From an uncultured Candidatus Micrarchaeota archaeon (GTDB lineage Archaea; Micrarchaeota; Micrarchaeia; Burarchaeales; Fermentimicrarchaeaceae): DNA of 39,864 nucleotides. Below the pieces are notes generated by a model. It did not search any database and had not been told where the DNA came from. It worked only from the letters and a program-made list of their open reading frames with translations. A program made the translations under genes and the position numbers. Shown piece by piece: positions 1 through 8,727 of the stretch; the first letter of the stretch is position 1; each line of letters starts with the position of its first letter. The stretch is taken from assembly GCA_963760615.1 (NCBI GenBank), contig CAVXDX010000015.1, forward strand, positions 1-39,864, in the 5' to 3' direction.

Positions 1-1
1 A

Positions 2-175
2 GCCTATGTGCATAATGACATCCAGCCCTGGGATGCTGCAGCTGCGTATGTAGTGATAAAAGAGGCAGGCGGAAACGTAATCAACTTCAAAGGAGCACCC
101 TGGCAACTCTATGACAGAACAATAATTGCATCAAATAAGACTCTTTCAAAGAAGCTTTTGGAGTATGCAAAATAA
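2..175 (+). CDS. Inositol monophosphatase family protein, C-terminal fragment (truncated by window edge)
   Basis: Frame 2 reads AYVHNDIQPWDAAAAYVVIKEAGGNVINFKG...LLEYAK*. WD-x-AA-x3-I-x2-EAGG is the IMPase C-terminal signature. Stop TAA at 173-175. Confidence 0.85.
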   Translation, partial: AYVHNDIQPWDAAAAYVVIKEAGGNVINFKGAPWQLYDRTIIASNKTLSKKLLEYAK

Positions 176-200
176 AAAATAAAAAGAAAAAAGAAAGAGA
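176..200 (-). terminator. Oligo-T tract, probable archaeal terminator of the thermosome gene
   Basis: Minus strand reads TCTCTTTCTTTTTTTCTTTTTATTTTT directly after the thermosome stop, between convergent genes. Confidence 0.45.
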
Positions 201-1862
201 CTACTCATAGTCTCCGCCCATTCCACCCGGCATTCCTCCTCCTCCAGGTGGCATCGCAGGACCTCTTGACTTCGCGCTTATCATATCATCTATCCTCAAG
301 AGCATTGCCGCTGCCTCGCTTGCGCTTGCAATTGCCTGCTTCTTCACCTTGGTTGGCTCTATCACGCCCAGCTTCTTCATATCTGCAATCTTGCTGTTGT
401 ATACATCTACTCCCATATCCCTGCCGTCCGCTCTCTTGTGCCTTGTCCTCAGGTCAACCAATGTGTCTATAGCATCCATGCCCGCGCTCTCTGCAAGCGT
501 CCTTGGGACTACCTCCAGCGCATCTGCGAACACCTGTATTGCGAGCTGCTCCCTTCCGCCTATCTCGGTTGCGTATTTTCTGAGATCTGTCGCAAGCTGC
601 ATCTCAATGCTTCCTCCTCCCGCAACGTATTCTCCTTCCTCAATTGCGCTGCTCACCGCCCCTATACCATCAACTATTGCCCTTTCTCCTTCATTCACAA
701 CGTGCTCTGTGCTTGCTCTTACAAATATTGTCACGCTCTTGGGGTCCTTGCACTTCTCAACAAACACCATCTGCTCGCCTGCTATTTTCCTCTCCTCAAC
801 TTGGCCTGCATAGCCCAAATCCTTCGCACTTAGGTCATCAAGGTTGGTTGCAAGCTTGGCGCCCGTTGCCTTGGCAAGCTTCTCCATATCGCTCTTCTTC
901 ACCCTTCTCACCGCGACTATGCCCTTCTTTGCAAGGAAGTGCTGCGCTATATCATCAATTCCCTTCTGGCAGAACACCACGTTTGCTCCGCTTGCAGCTA
1001 TCTTCTCCACCATCTCCTTCAGCATCTTCTCCTCCTGCTTCAGGAAGGACTCTAACTGCTCAGGAGATGTTATCTCGATCTTAGCATCTGTTTCTGTCTT
1101 CTCAATCTCCAGTGCAGAGTCAACCAATGCAATTTTGGCATTCTCCACCTTCTTTGGCATTCCCGGGTGGACTATCTCCTTATCGACCAGCACGCCATTT
1201 ATAAGCTGGGTGTCGTCAATATCCCCTCCCTCCTTCTTCTCAACCTTTATGAAGTCATCGTCGATAACCACCTTTCCGTCTTTCCTTTCAGCAACCTGCC
1301 TCACTGCACTCACAACCAGCTTCCCAAGCTTGTCCTTGGCCTTTCCAAAACCAACTGTCTTGGAACCCATTGAAATAGATGCAATTTTCTCAAGGTTCTC
1401 CGTGTCATCCAAAGTAACTTTATAGCTCATCTCAGTCAGAATCTTCTCTGCCTGCCGAGCCGCTCCCTTGTAGCCGTTTATTATTGTGCTCGGATGTATG
1501 TCCTGGTCGAGCAAGTCGCCTGCTCTCTTCAGTAATTCACCGCCAAGCATCACCGCGGTGGTTGTTCCATCCCCAACCTCCTTGTCCTGCGTCTTGGCTA
1601 TCTCCACCATTATCTTCGCTGCAGGGTGCTCCACATTCATTTCCTCAAGAATTGTCGCACCGTCGTTGGTTATCACTATGTCCCCCATCTCACTGACCAG
1701 CATCTTATCCATTCCCCTAGGACCGAGGGTTGTTCTCACAGCATTCCCAATCGCATATGCGACTGCTATATTTGTACGCTGCGCATCCCTCCCAAGAAGC
1801 CTTGAAGCTCCTTCCGGAAGAATGAGCACGCGCTCTCCGCCCATTTGTGCTTCTGTAGCCAT
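201..1862 (-). CDS. ths: Thermosome subunit (group II chaperonin)
   Basis: Motifs [32 protein letters not shown] and a [10 protein letters not shown] tail. Start placed at ATG 1862 behind a GGAGGT Shine-Dalgarno; the ORF track start is TTG 1895. Confidence 0.97.
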   Translation of the reverse strand: MATEAQMGGERVLILPEGASRLLGRDAQRTNIAVAYAIGNAVRTTLGPRGMDKMLVSEMGDIVITNDGATILEEMNVEHPAAKIMVEIAKTQDKEVGDGTTTAVMLGGELLKRAGDLLDQDIHPSTIINGYKGAARQAEKILTEMSYKVTLDDTENLEKIASISMGSKTVGFGKAKDKLGKLVVSAVRQVAERKDGKVVIDDDFIKVEKKEGGDIDDTQLINGVLVDKEIVHPGMPKKVENAKIALVDSALEIEKTETDAKIEITSPEQLESFLKQEEKMLKEMVEKIAASGANVVFCQKGIDDIAQHFLAKKGIVAVRRVKKSDMEKLAKATGAKLATNLDDLSAKDLGYAGQVEERKIAGEQMVFVEKCKDPKSVTIFVRASTEHVVNEGERAIVDGIGAVSSAIEEGEYVAGGGSIEMQLATDLRKYATEIGGREQLAIQVFADALEVVPRTLAESAGMDAIDTLVDLRTRHKRADGRDMGVDVYNSKIADMKKLGVIEPTKVKKQAIASASEAAAMLLRIDDMISAKSRGPAMPPGGGGMPGGMGGDYE

Positions 1863-1914
1863 CTTATCTACCTCCAAATTTTCAGTTTTACTCAACTAGC
1901 ATTTTCACTATATA

Positions 1915-1936
1915 TGTATGCATACAGATTTAAATA
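1915..1936 (-). promoter_or_regulatory. Thermosome promoter: TATA-like box with adjacent 12-bp palindrome
   Basis: TATTTAAA on the minus strand at 1929-1936; perfect palindrome TGTATGCATACA at 1915-1926. Confidence 0.45.
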
Positions 1937-2038
1937 GTTTATCCCAGGAGTGGCTTTGCACATAAAATAGGCAGTATGCATGAGTTGCACAAAAAGTAGG
2001 CACGGTGCACATAAATTAATAAAAGCCGTAATATATCT

Positions 2039-2473
2039 ATGAAGAAAAGGAAGAAAGCAGTTGAGGAAAGAACACTTACGCAACCTCTCCTACTCATAAT
2101 ATCGCTTTCAATGCTGGAGCCGATTCTGATAATTTTTGGCGTGCTGCCGCCGCTATTCTCCTACTCCCCTGGCAACATTCTCTTTGCATTACTCGAGATT
2201 GTTATAATCATACGACTGGCCTACTCGCGCTCCGACGAGGGAATAAGGGACTCTGCCATCAACGGAGCAGTGCTAGGCTTCGCAATGGCGTCAATACTCG
2301 TTGCTTCCGGCCTCATTGGCAGCACCTATTTTGAAAAACCAGTGCTTGGAATATCCACTGAAACACAACTCTCCCGCTTCCAGATAATAGCCTTCATAAT
2401 ACTAGAAAACACAATACTATTTGCATTCATTTCCATCCTTACCTCCCTACTTGCAAAAAAATTCAAGCACTAG
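2039..2473 (+). CDS. Hypothetical membrane protein (3-4 TM helices)
   Basis: Several long hydrophobic segments. Start uncertain. 4-nt convergent overlap with the next gene. Confidence 0.65.
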   Translation: MKKRKKAVEERTLTQPLLLIISLSMLEPILIIFGVLPPLFSYSPGNILFALLEIVIIIRLAYSRSDEGIRDSAINGAVLGFAMASILVASGLIGSTYFEKPVLGISTETQLSRFQIIAFIILENTILFAFISILTSLLAKKFKH

Positions 2474-3357
2474 GCGCCTCTCTCCTCAATAAGCTTCATG
2501 AGTTCCCTCGCCTTGCTTATCTCCCTTATCTCCTTCTTCCTCACAACAGGTATCCCCGCAATGCTATTCTTGCTGTACTTGTTAAGAATAAAGCATGAGC
2601 CAGAGCCGAAAGCATCCATTATGCCCGAATATACTTCTGCCCTCTTCGCCATTGTCCTCTTGTCCGCATCCTCTCCTGCAAAGAGCAGCTTCCTCTCTTT
2701 CCCAAGAATATCAAACGGTGCAGTCTTCATCCTCACGCTCTCAAACCCCAGCATGCTGAGTAGCGTGTCCTCGCTCACGAACTTCTGCCTCCTCCCGAAC
2801 GGGTCTATGAACTTCCTCAGCTCCATTCCAAGTATCTCTTCAATCTTCCTGGCATTCTCCTCGCTTGCGTATATCTTCCCGTGCTCATACCTATACAATG
2901 TGTCTTTGGAGATTCCTGAGCGCCTCGCCAGCTCCTCCAGGCTCAGCTTCAACTCCTCCCTCCTCCTCGCCATCTTCCCCTCGTCAATATCCACAAGTAG
3001 CTCCCGGAACTTCCTTATCTTCGGAAACTCCTCCCCCCCAACCATCCCTTTGAATGTTTTAATATTCCCCGCAGGAACCTTATGCCTCTCATACAGCACA
3101 CCGTCCTGCAACCTGTACTCCGTGCTCCTCTCCCCAACAATGAAGCCATTCCCCGCGAGCATGCCTGCTATCTTCCTCATATCCTCTGCCTGCTGTTTCG
3201 TGAATGCGTCAATGTTCTCCAGCACCTTAACAAGCAGGGTCTCATCCTCCCTTTTCGCCAGCATATCGAAGCAGCTGTGTATCCTTGTGCAGTACACTGA
3301 GAGGTAGTTGCAGTTGATAAGAACCTCCGCCACCTCCTGCACGAGCTGTTCCCTCAT
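2470..3357 (-). CDS. Archaeal Cro/C1-type HTH transcriptional regulator (COG1395/MJ1164-like)
   Basis: N-terminal FDMLAKRE...LLVKVLENID domain, central HTH RREELKLSLEELARRSGISKDTLYRYEHG, and a repeated PFDILGK-like C-terminal domain. Confidence 0.85.
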   Translation of the reverse strand: MREQLVQEVAEVLINCNYLSVYCTRIHSCFDMLAKREDETLLVKVLENIDAFTKQQAEDMRKIAGMLAGNGFIVGERSTEYRLQDGVLYERHKVPAGNIKTFKGMVGGEEFPKIRKFRELLVDIDEGKMARRREELKLSLEELARRSGISKDTLYRYEHGKIYASEENARKIEEILGMELRKFIDPFGRRQKFVSEDTLLSMLGFESVRMKTAPFDILGKERKLLFAGEDADKRTMAKRAEVYSGIMDAFGSGSCFILNKYSKNSIAGIPVVRKKEIREISKARELMKLIEERGA

Positions 3358-3378
3358 GAAAGAGTTTTGGGAGTTGAA

Positions 3379-3417
3379 TTATATAACTTTTCTGCCATGA
3401 CTGCAATACTTATATAA
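3379..3417. promoter_or_regulatory. Divergent archaeal promoters (two TTATATAA boxes)
   Basis: Minus strand GAAAAGTTATATAA (BRE+TATA, 3379-3392) lies 22-35 nt upstream of ATG 3357, consistent with a leaderless transcript. A second TTATATAA at 3410-3417 faces the ATP-cone gene. Confidence 0.6.
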
Positions 3418-3448
3418 TCAACCCAACATACATCTATGGGGTGGTTTC

Positions 3449-3706
3449 TTGGAATTGAAAGTAGCAAAAAGAATGGGGCAGATTGAAGCGTTTAGCGAGG
3501 ATAAGATTAAAAAAGGAGTAATGAGGGCAGGAGGAACCGCCAAGCTTGCGGGAAACATTACACTGAGCACTGCAAACTGGGCCAAGGAGACTGCAAAGGG
3601 CGGCGTTATTTCTGCGGTTGATATACACACAAAAGTGCTTGGTCTCCTCGCAGAGAAAGACAAACAGGTTGCAGAAAACTTCAAGAACTTCGTTAAGAGA
3701 AGGTAA
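3449..3706 (+). CDS. Stand-alone ATP-cone domain protein
   Basis: KVAKRMGQIEAFSEDKIKKGVMRAGG...ISAVDIHTKVLGLL matches the ATP-cone pattern seen in NrdR and NrdJ in this window. GGGGTGG SD upstream, TTG start. Confidence 0.8.
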   Translation: MELKVAKRMGQIEAFSEDKIKKGVMRAGGTAKLAGNITLSTANWAKETAKGGVISAVDIHTKVLGLLAEKDKQVAENFKNFVKRR

Positions 3707-3761
3707 ATAATATCTTACTCGAGCATCCTCTAACTTAGAAATTATAAGGTTTAAAATTATA

Positions 3762-3852
3762 TGCTCCAGCCGGGATTTGAACCCGGGTCGCCGACTCTCT
3801 TCGCATAAAGCTCGAAAGGCCGGGATCCTTGACCGGACTAGACGACTGGAGC
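3762..3852 (-). tRNA. trnE: tRNA-Glu(TTC) with 16-nt intron at 37/38 (intron 3797-3812); CCA not encoded
   Basis: GCTCCAG/CTGGAGC acceptor stem, CCGGG-TTCAAAT-CCCGG T arm, anticodon arm CCGGC-CT-TTC-G|intron|A-GTCGG. BHB central helix CTTT/GAAG with 3-nt bulges CGA and AGA. Confidence 0.95.
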
Positions 3853-3857
3853 GCGGT

Positions 3858-4466
3858 CTATTCTTTGAGCAGCTGAACTATAAAACCCTTCACTATCTCA
3901 AATACCTCGCTGGGCTTTGCATCCGCATCAACCTTCACCCATTTATCCGCAAGGAACTTCCTCTCGCACAGCTTCAAGTAATTCTCTCGGACTTTTCTGA
4001 GAAGCTCCACATCCTCCTCATGTCTGTCCATCTTCTTCTGCCTGCTTTTCCTCTCCATTGAAACATCAGGAAGAATATCAAGCAGCAGAACTAGGTTGGG
4101 CTTCATGAAATTCATCTCCTCAATAATCTCCGCACCTCTCTCAAATGGTATGCCCTTGCTGCACTGGTAGGCAATTGTTGAGAAGACATACCTGCCAAGC
4201 AGAACAATTTCACCTTCCTTGAGCTTCTTTTCAATCTCGCACTGGTCCTTCGCTATATCAAGCATATACACCATAAACTGGGAGAGAGGGCTCAGCTCAA
4301 TTTTCTTCTTCAGAAACCTGTCAATAATCTCTCCAAATGCGCTCCTCCTATCCGGGTACTTGTATACACTCACTCGTTTCCCTTTCAGCATTTTCAGGAC
4401 AAGCCCGAGTTGCGTCTCCTTCCCCGAGCCGTCAATTCCCTCCAAACAGATTAACTTCCCTCTCAT
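3858..4466 (-). CDS. tmk: Thymidylate kinase
   Basis: P-loop LICLEGIDGSGKETQ, LLGRYVFSTIAYQ, KPNLVLLLDI. True start MRGKL at 4466; the longer ORF-track extension overlaps pyrB. Confidence 0.93.
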   Translation of the reverse strand: MRGKLICLEGIDGSGKETQLGLVLKMLKGKRVSVYKYPDRRSAFGEIIDRFLKKKIELSPLSQFMVYMLDIAKDQCEIEKKLKEGEIVLLGRYVFSTIAYQCSKGIPFERGAEIIEEMNFMKPNLVLLLDILPDVSMERKSRQKKMDRHEEDVELLRKVRENYLKLCERKFLADKWVKVDADAKPSEVFEIVKGFIVQLLKE

Positions 4467-4515
4467 AAACCAACATTTATATATTCTGCTTTTTAAAAGG
4501 ATTAACTTGGGTTCA

Positions 4516-5430
4516 ATGGAATTTGTCAAAGACCTTATTTCTATTAGGGATTTGGAGAAGAGACACATCGACCTGATTCTGAAAAAGTCCTCCGAGATGG
4601 AGCAAGCCCTGAAGCAGGGCAAGCAGCTCACATCACTGAAGGGGGACGTGGTAGCAACACTATTCTTCGAGCCCAGCACTAGAACAAGGCTTTCTTTCCA
4701 GACAGCTGCAATGAGGCTTGGGGCAAAGGTTCTGAGCTTTGAGAATGTTGGAGCGAGCTCAATTGTGAAAGGGGAGACATTCTCAGACACGATACGCATG
4801 GTTGACGGCTATGCCGACATAATTATTGTGAGGCATGCCAAGGAGGGTTCGGCAAGATACGCCGCGCAACTGGCAGAGCACCCAGTCATCAACGGAGGCG
4901 ACGGGGGCAACCAGCACCCCACTCAAACATTGCTTGACCTATACACAATAAAGAGGGCAAAGAAAAGAATTGAAGGGTTGAATGTGACCCTGCTGGGGGA
5001 CTTGAAGCACGCCCGAACAATGCGCTCGCTGCTCTACGGGCTGAGTATGTACGGAGCAAACACAACTCTGGTTGCGCCGAAAGGGCTGGAGATGAACAAG
5101 GAAATAATCAATGAAGCAAGAGAGCGTTTCGGAGCAAGGGTCGAGGAGAAATCAAAGATGGATTTATCAGATGCGGATGTGCTCTACCTCTGCAGAATTC
5201 AGAAGGAGCGTTTCTCCGACCAGTATGAAGCGGAGAAAGTTCAGAAGGAATTCCGAATAACCGAGGATGCAATCAAGGGGGTGAAGGACGACCTGATAAT
5301 ACTGCACCCCCTTCCAAAGATTGATGAAGTTGCCCCAGAAGTCGACAGGAGCAAGTACGCCTATTACTATGAACAAGCGAAGATGGGGATACCTGTGAGA
5401 ATGGCCATAATGGATACGATGGTGGTTTGA
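4516..5430 (+). CDS. pyrB: Aspartate carbamoyltransferase catalytic subunit
   Basis: FFEPSTRTRLSF, INGGDGGNQHPTQTLLD, LYLCRIQKER, ILHPLPK. Start MEFVKD at 4516. Confidence 0.97.
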   Translation: MEFVKDLISIRDLEKRHIDLILKKSSEMEQALKQGKQLTSLKGDVVATLFFEPSTRTRLSFQTAAMRLGAKVLSFENVGASSIVKGETFSDTIRMVDGYADIIIVRHAKEGSARYAAQLAEHPVINGGDGGNQHPTQTLLDLYTIKRAKKRIEGLNVTLLGDLKHARTMRSLLYGLSMYGANTTLVAPKGLEMNKEIINEARERFGARVEEKSKMDLSDADVLYLCRIQKERFSDQYEAEKVQKEFRITEDAIKGVKDDLIILHPLPKIDEVAPEVDRSKYAYYYEQAKMGIPVRMAIMDTMVV

Positions 5431-5877
5431 ATGCCTCTTGTAGTTGAAAAAATTGAGAATGGAACTGTGATTGACCACATACCCGCTGGGCTGGGCTTGA
5501 AGGTGCTGGAGATACTGAAGATTGACAGAAACTATGAAGCACGAGTTGCATTGATGATGAACGTTCCCAGCAAGAGGATTGGCAAGAAGGATATAGTGAA
5601 GGTTGAGGGCAAGACGCTTGATGACAAGTCGGTGAACAAAATAGCCCTTGTTGCCCCCAACGCAACGCTCAACATAATAAAGAATTCCAACGTTGTTGAA
5701 AAGAAGATTGTGAAGCTCCCAAAGGAGCTGAGGGGAGCTTTCAAGTGCCCCAACCCGGACTGCGTGACCAATCTGGAACCCATAGAGACGCTCTTCAAGA
5801 TGGAGAAACCAGAGGAGAGGAGGCTGCGCTGTGGGTTCTGCGAAACGCTCTTCGAAGCGAAGGAACTAATCTCCTGA
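5431..5877 (+). CDS. pyrI: Aspartate carbamoyltransferase regulatory subunit
   Basis: VEKIENGTVIDHIPAG, KKDIVKVE, Zn site CPNPDC...CGFC; abuts pyrB. Confidence 0.97.
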   Translation: MPLVVEKIENGTVIDHIPAGLGLKVLEILKIDRNYEARVALMMNVPSKRIGKKDIVKVEGKTLDDKSVNKIALVAPNATLNIIKNSNVVEKKIVKLPKELRGAFKCPNPDCVTNLEPIETLFKMEKPEERRLRCGFCETLFEAKELIS

Positions 5878-5936
5878 GAGCGCAGGTATTTATATAACCC
5901 CGACCCAACTACATACACAGCTAGTGGTGGTATTCT

Positions 5937-6146
5937 ATGGAGAAAGAGGAGCATTTTCTGAGCAAGATACGCCGGCAGGGTAGCGGACTTCATATATATT
6001 TCCCCACAGAAGTAATAAAGAACCCGAACTTCCCGCTCAATGAGAAGGATGCGGTAGTGATAAAGCTTGACCCCAAGAAAAAGACAATTGTGATAAAGAA
6101 GGTTGAGTGGGACAATCTTGTTGGAGAAAGCACCACCATTGAGTAG
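5937..6146 (+). CDS. AbrB/MazE/SpoVT-like swapped-hairpin DNA-binding protein
   Basis: SKIRRQGSGLHIYFPTEVIK...AVVIKLD...IVIKK pattern; own TATA (TTTATATAA at about 5889) and SD; paralog at 22763-22951. Confidence 0.7.
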   Translation: MEKEEHFLSKIRRQGSGLHIYFPTEVIKNPNFPLNEKDAVVIKLDPKKKTIVIKKVEWDNLVGESTTIE

Positions 6147-6198
6147 CTTTCTTTCCTAAAAGCAAACTATTATTATTCACACCCAACTAAATATACTC

Positions 6199-7059
6199 AT
6201 GGAGCGAATAGTGCTTCTCAGCCCTAATTCTCACGACTTTATGAAAAACCACCCCTCTCATCAGCTCATAGCAAAGCAATTTCCAGATGGCGAGAACTAC
6301 ATAAGAATACCAGTCGAATTCAAGGGGAAGGAAGTTATACTTATACACCGATGCTACCCCAACCAGGACAGGTCACTCATACAACTCTTCCTCACACTGA
6401 AAACGCTGAAGGAAGGAGGAGCTTCACGCATACGGGCGGTAGTGCCGTACCTTCCATATGCGAGGCAGGATAAACTCTTCCTAAAAGGAGAAGCTCTCAG
6501 CTCTAAAATAATCTGTGAGCTCATGAAAGAGAGCGGCTGCGACGAACTCGTAACATTTGACTGCCACTTTCTCAAAAAGGAGGGCGAGTTTACCTACGGC
6601 GGGCTGAGAATAAGGAACATATCCCTCTCCCACGCTATTCTCTCATACTTCAAAGGGAAGCTGCACTCGCCAAAAATAATTTCCCCAGATGAAGGAGCAT
6701 CCTATTTCCTCGCAAAGGAAAAAGACCGGGGGGTAATGAAGAAGACCAGGGGCGCATATTCAAAAGGAAAAACAATGTACAGAAAGCCGGAAATTGAAGC
6801 GAACTTCAATGTTGAAGGAAGGGACGTTGTGATTGTTGACGACATGGTAAGCACGGGAAGCACAATGCTCAAAGCGGTTCAGGCATGCAAAAAGCTTGGC
6901 GCAAAATCCATATCATGCGGCGCATCCCACGGCCTGTTCCTCAATGACTCGCTTAAAAGGTTAAAAAGAGCCGGCGCGAAAGAAGTTATTGCGAGCAATT
7001 CAATAAAATCCTCCGCTTCAAGAATAGACATAGCGGATTCACTGAGAAGCATGATGTGA
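6199..7059 (+). CDS. prs: Ribose-phosphate pyrophosphokinase (copy 1)
   Basis: FPDGENYIRI, VPYLPYARQDK, ISPDEGA, VVIVDDMVSTGSTM, SHGLF. Confidence 0.92.
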   Translation: MERIVLLSPNSHDFMKNHPSHQLIAKQFPDGENYIRIPVEFKGKEVILIHRCYPNQDRSLIQLFLTLKTLKEGGASRIRAVVPYLPYARQDKLFLKGEALSSKIICELMKESGCDELVTFDCHFLKKEGEFTYGGLRIRNISLSHAILSYFKGKLHSPKIISPDEGASYFLAKEKDRGVMKKTRGAYSKGKTMYRKPEIEANFNVEGRDVVIVDDMVSTGSTMLKAVQACKKLGAKSISCGASHGLFLNDSLKRLKRAGAKEVIASNSIKSSASRIDIADSLRSMM

Positions 7060-7062
7060 CAA

Positions 7063-7710
7063 CTATTTGCCCTCCGCCTTAGCAAAATCCTCCCTGAACT
7101 TTTTGATGCCCGCGTCCGTGAGCGGATGATTCCACATCTTCGCGAGAACATCCGCCGGTATTGTGGCAATGTGCGCACCTGCCTTCGCGGCCTCGATCAC
7201 GTGAAGAGGATGACGTATGCTCGCGACTATCACCTGCGTCTTGAAGTCGTAATTCTTGTAGATTTGCATTATGTCGCGCACCAGCCCCATCCCATCCATT
7301 GAGTTATCATCAAGCCGCCCTATGAAAGGGGAGACGAAGCTCGCACCTGCCTTCGCGGCGATGAGCGCCTGGCTCGCACTGAAGACGAGCGTCACGTTAG
7401 TATGTATCCCCTTTTTCTCTAGAATGCGCACGGCCTTAACCCCCTCCTCGCTCATTGGAATTTTGAAAACAATATTCGGCGCCCACTTCGAATAAACTTC
7501 CCCCTCCTTCACAAGCTCGTCGCACGTCATCCCGTTCCCCTCAACCGAAATGGGGCCTTTCACGAGTGCGGCTATCTCCTTTATGAGCGCCTGCTGGCTT
7601 CTCCCTTCCTTTGCAATTAGCGTCGGGTTCGTGGTAACCCCATCAGCAACGCCTGCCTTTACGGCCCTCTCTATCTGTTCCACGTTCGCAGTGTCAAGAA
7701 AAAATTTCAT
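7063..7710 (-). CDS. tal: Transaldolase (short TalC/FSA family)
   Basis: [18 protein letters not shown], Schiff-base [15 protein letters not shown] and FVSPF fit transaldolase rather than fructose-6-phosphate aldolase. Confidence 0.93.
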   Translation of the reverse strand: MKFFLDTANVEQIERAVKAGVADGVTTNPTLIAKEGRSQQALIKEIAALVKGPISVEGNGMTCDELVKEGEVYSKWAPNIVFKIPMSEEGVKAVRILEKKGIHTNVTLVFSASQALIAAKAGASFVSPFIGRLDDNSMDGMGLVRDIMQIYKNYDFKTQVIVASIRHPLHVIEAAKAGAHIATIPADVLAKMWNHPLTDAGIKKFREDFAKAEGK

Positions 7711-7725
7711 TTTTTCACCTCCAAT

Positions 7726-8727
7726 TTATTGGATACAGTTCTCGCGCACGAAGCGCGCTATCCCATCGGCATCGAGCCCGTATTTTTTCAGGAGCTCGAG
7801 CGGCTCGCCCGACTCGCAGAAAATATCGTTTATCCCATGACGCTTAAGCGTGCACGCATGCGCGCGGGGGAGCTCGCTCACAACCTCGGCGAGAGCGCCC
7901 CCCAGCCCGCCGCTCACTTGGTGCTCCTCAACGCTCACGAGAAATTTTGTTTTCCCAGCCCAGTATTTTACAGCCTCAACATCAATTGGTTTTATCGTGT
8001 GGCAGTCGACAACCGCGCACGAGATGCCTTCGCTCTCGAGCTTCTCTGCTGCGAGAATTGATTCATAAACCTGCGGACCGCACGCGAAAATTGCGACGTC
8101 ATCGCCGAATCTGTAAACGTTCGCCTTTCCAATCACGAATGGCGTCCCTGCGGTGGTGAATATTGGCATTTTTTCCCTGCAAGTCCGTATATACGCAGGG
8201 CCCTCGCGTTTGGCAACTTCAAGAGTCGCCTTCCTCGCCTCCTCTGCGTCCGCGGGCACGATTACCATGATGTTCGGAAGAACGCGCGCAATTGCGATGT
8301 CCTCGAGCGCCTGGTGAGACGCACCGTCAGGTCCAACAGTTATTCCAGTGTGCGAGCCGTGAAGCTTTACTGGCACGTTGTTGTAGCATATCGCCACGCG
8401 CACTTGGTCCCAGTTTCTACCGGGTGAGAAAACCCCGTACGCAGAAATAAAAACGGTTTTCCCGCACGACGCGATTCCTGCAGCCACTCCGGCTAGGTTC
8501 TGCTCTGCGACGCCGACCTGGACAAACCTTTCGGGAAATTTCTCCGCGAACCAGTGTGTCCTCGTGCTCTCCGAGACGTCCGCGGTCATCACCCAAACAT
8601 TCGTATTTTCCGCGCCCAGCTCCACGAGCGCCTTGCCGAACCCATCCCTGCTCGGCTTTTTCGCCTGGGGCGCGTCTATGGGGTCTATCAGCGCCATCTC
8701 CTTGTTTATTTTCGATGAGTTCGCCAT
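7726..8727 (-). CDS. tkt: Transketolase C-terminal (pyrimidine-binding) subunit
   Basis: VQVGVAEQNL, GPDGASHQALED, GPAYIRT, HTIKPID, VSVEEH. Confidence 0.93.
   Translation of the reverse strand: MANSSKINKEMALIDPIDAPQAKKPSRDGFGKALVELGAENTNVWVMTADVSESTRTHWFAEKFPERFVQVGVAEQNLAGVAAGIASCGKTVFISAYGVFSPGRNWDQVRVAICYNNVPVKLHGSHTGITVGPDGASHQALEDIAIARVLPNIMVIVPADAEEARKATLEVAKREGPAYIRTCREKMPIFTTAGTPFVIGKANVYRFGDDVAIFACGPQVYESILAAEKLESEGISCAVVDCHTIKPIDVEAVKYWAGKTKFLVSVEEHQVSGGLGGALAEVVSELPRAHACTLKRHGINDIFCESGEPLELLKKYGLDADGIARFVRENCIQ

Noticed and set aside
1888-1902. Four-codon upstream ORF MLVE* on the minus strand before ths
   Set aside because: Too short to support; expected by chance.
1905-1920. 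NrdR-box-like TCACTATATATGTATG upstream of the thermosome
   Set aside because: Single copy, lacks the conserved wG half-site, and is explained by AT-rich promoter sequence.
4219-4799. Apparent long antisense overlap of tmk and pyrB ORFs
   Set aside because: The extensions are open-frame artefacts. Conserved domains begin at 4466 (-) and 4516 (+), leaving a normal divergent promoter.
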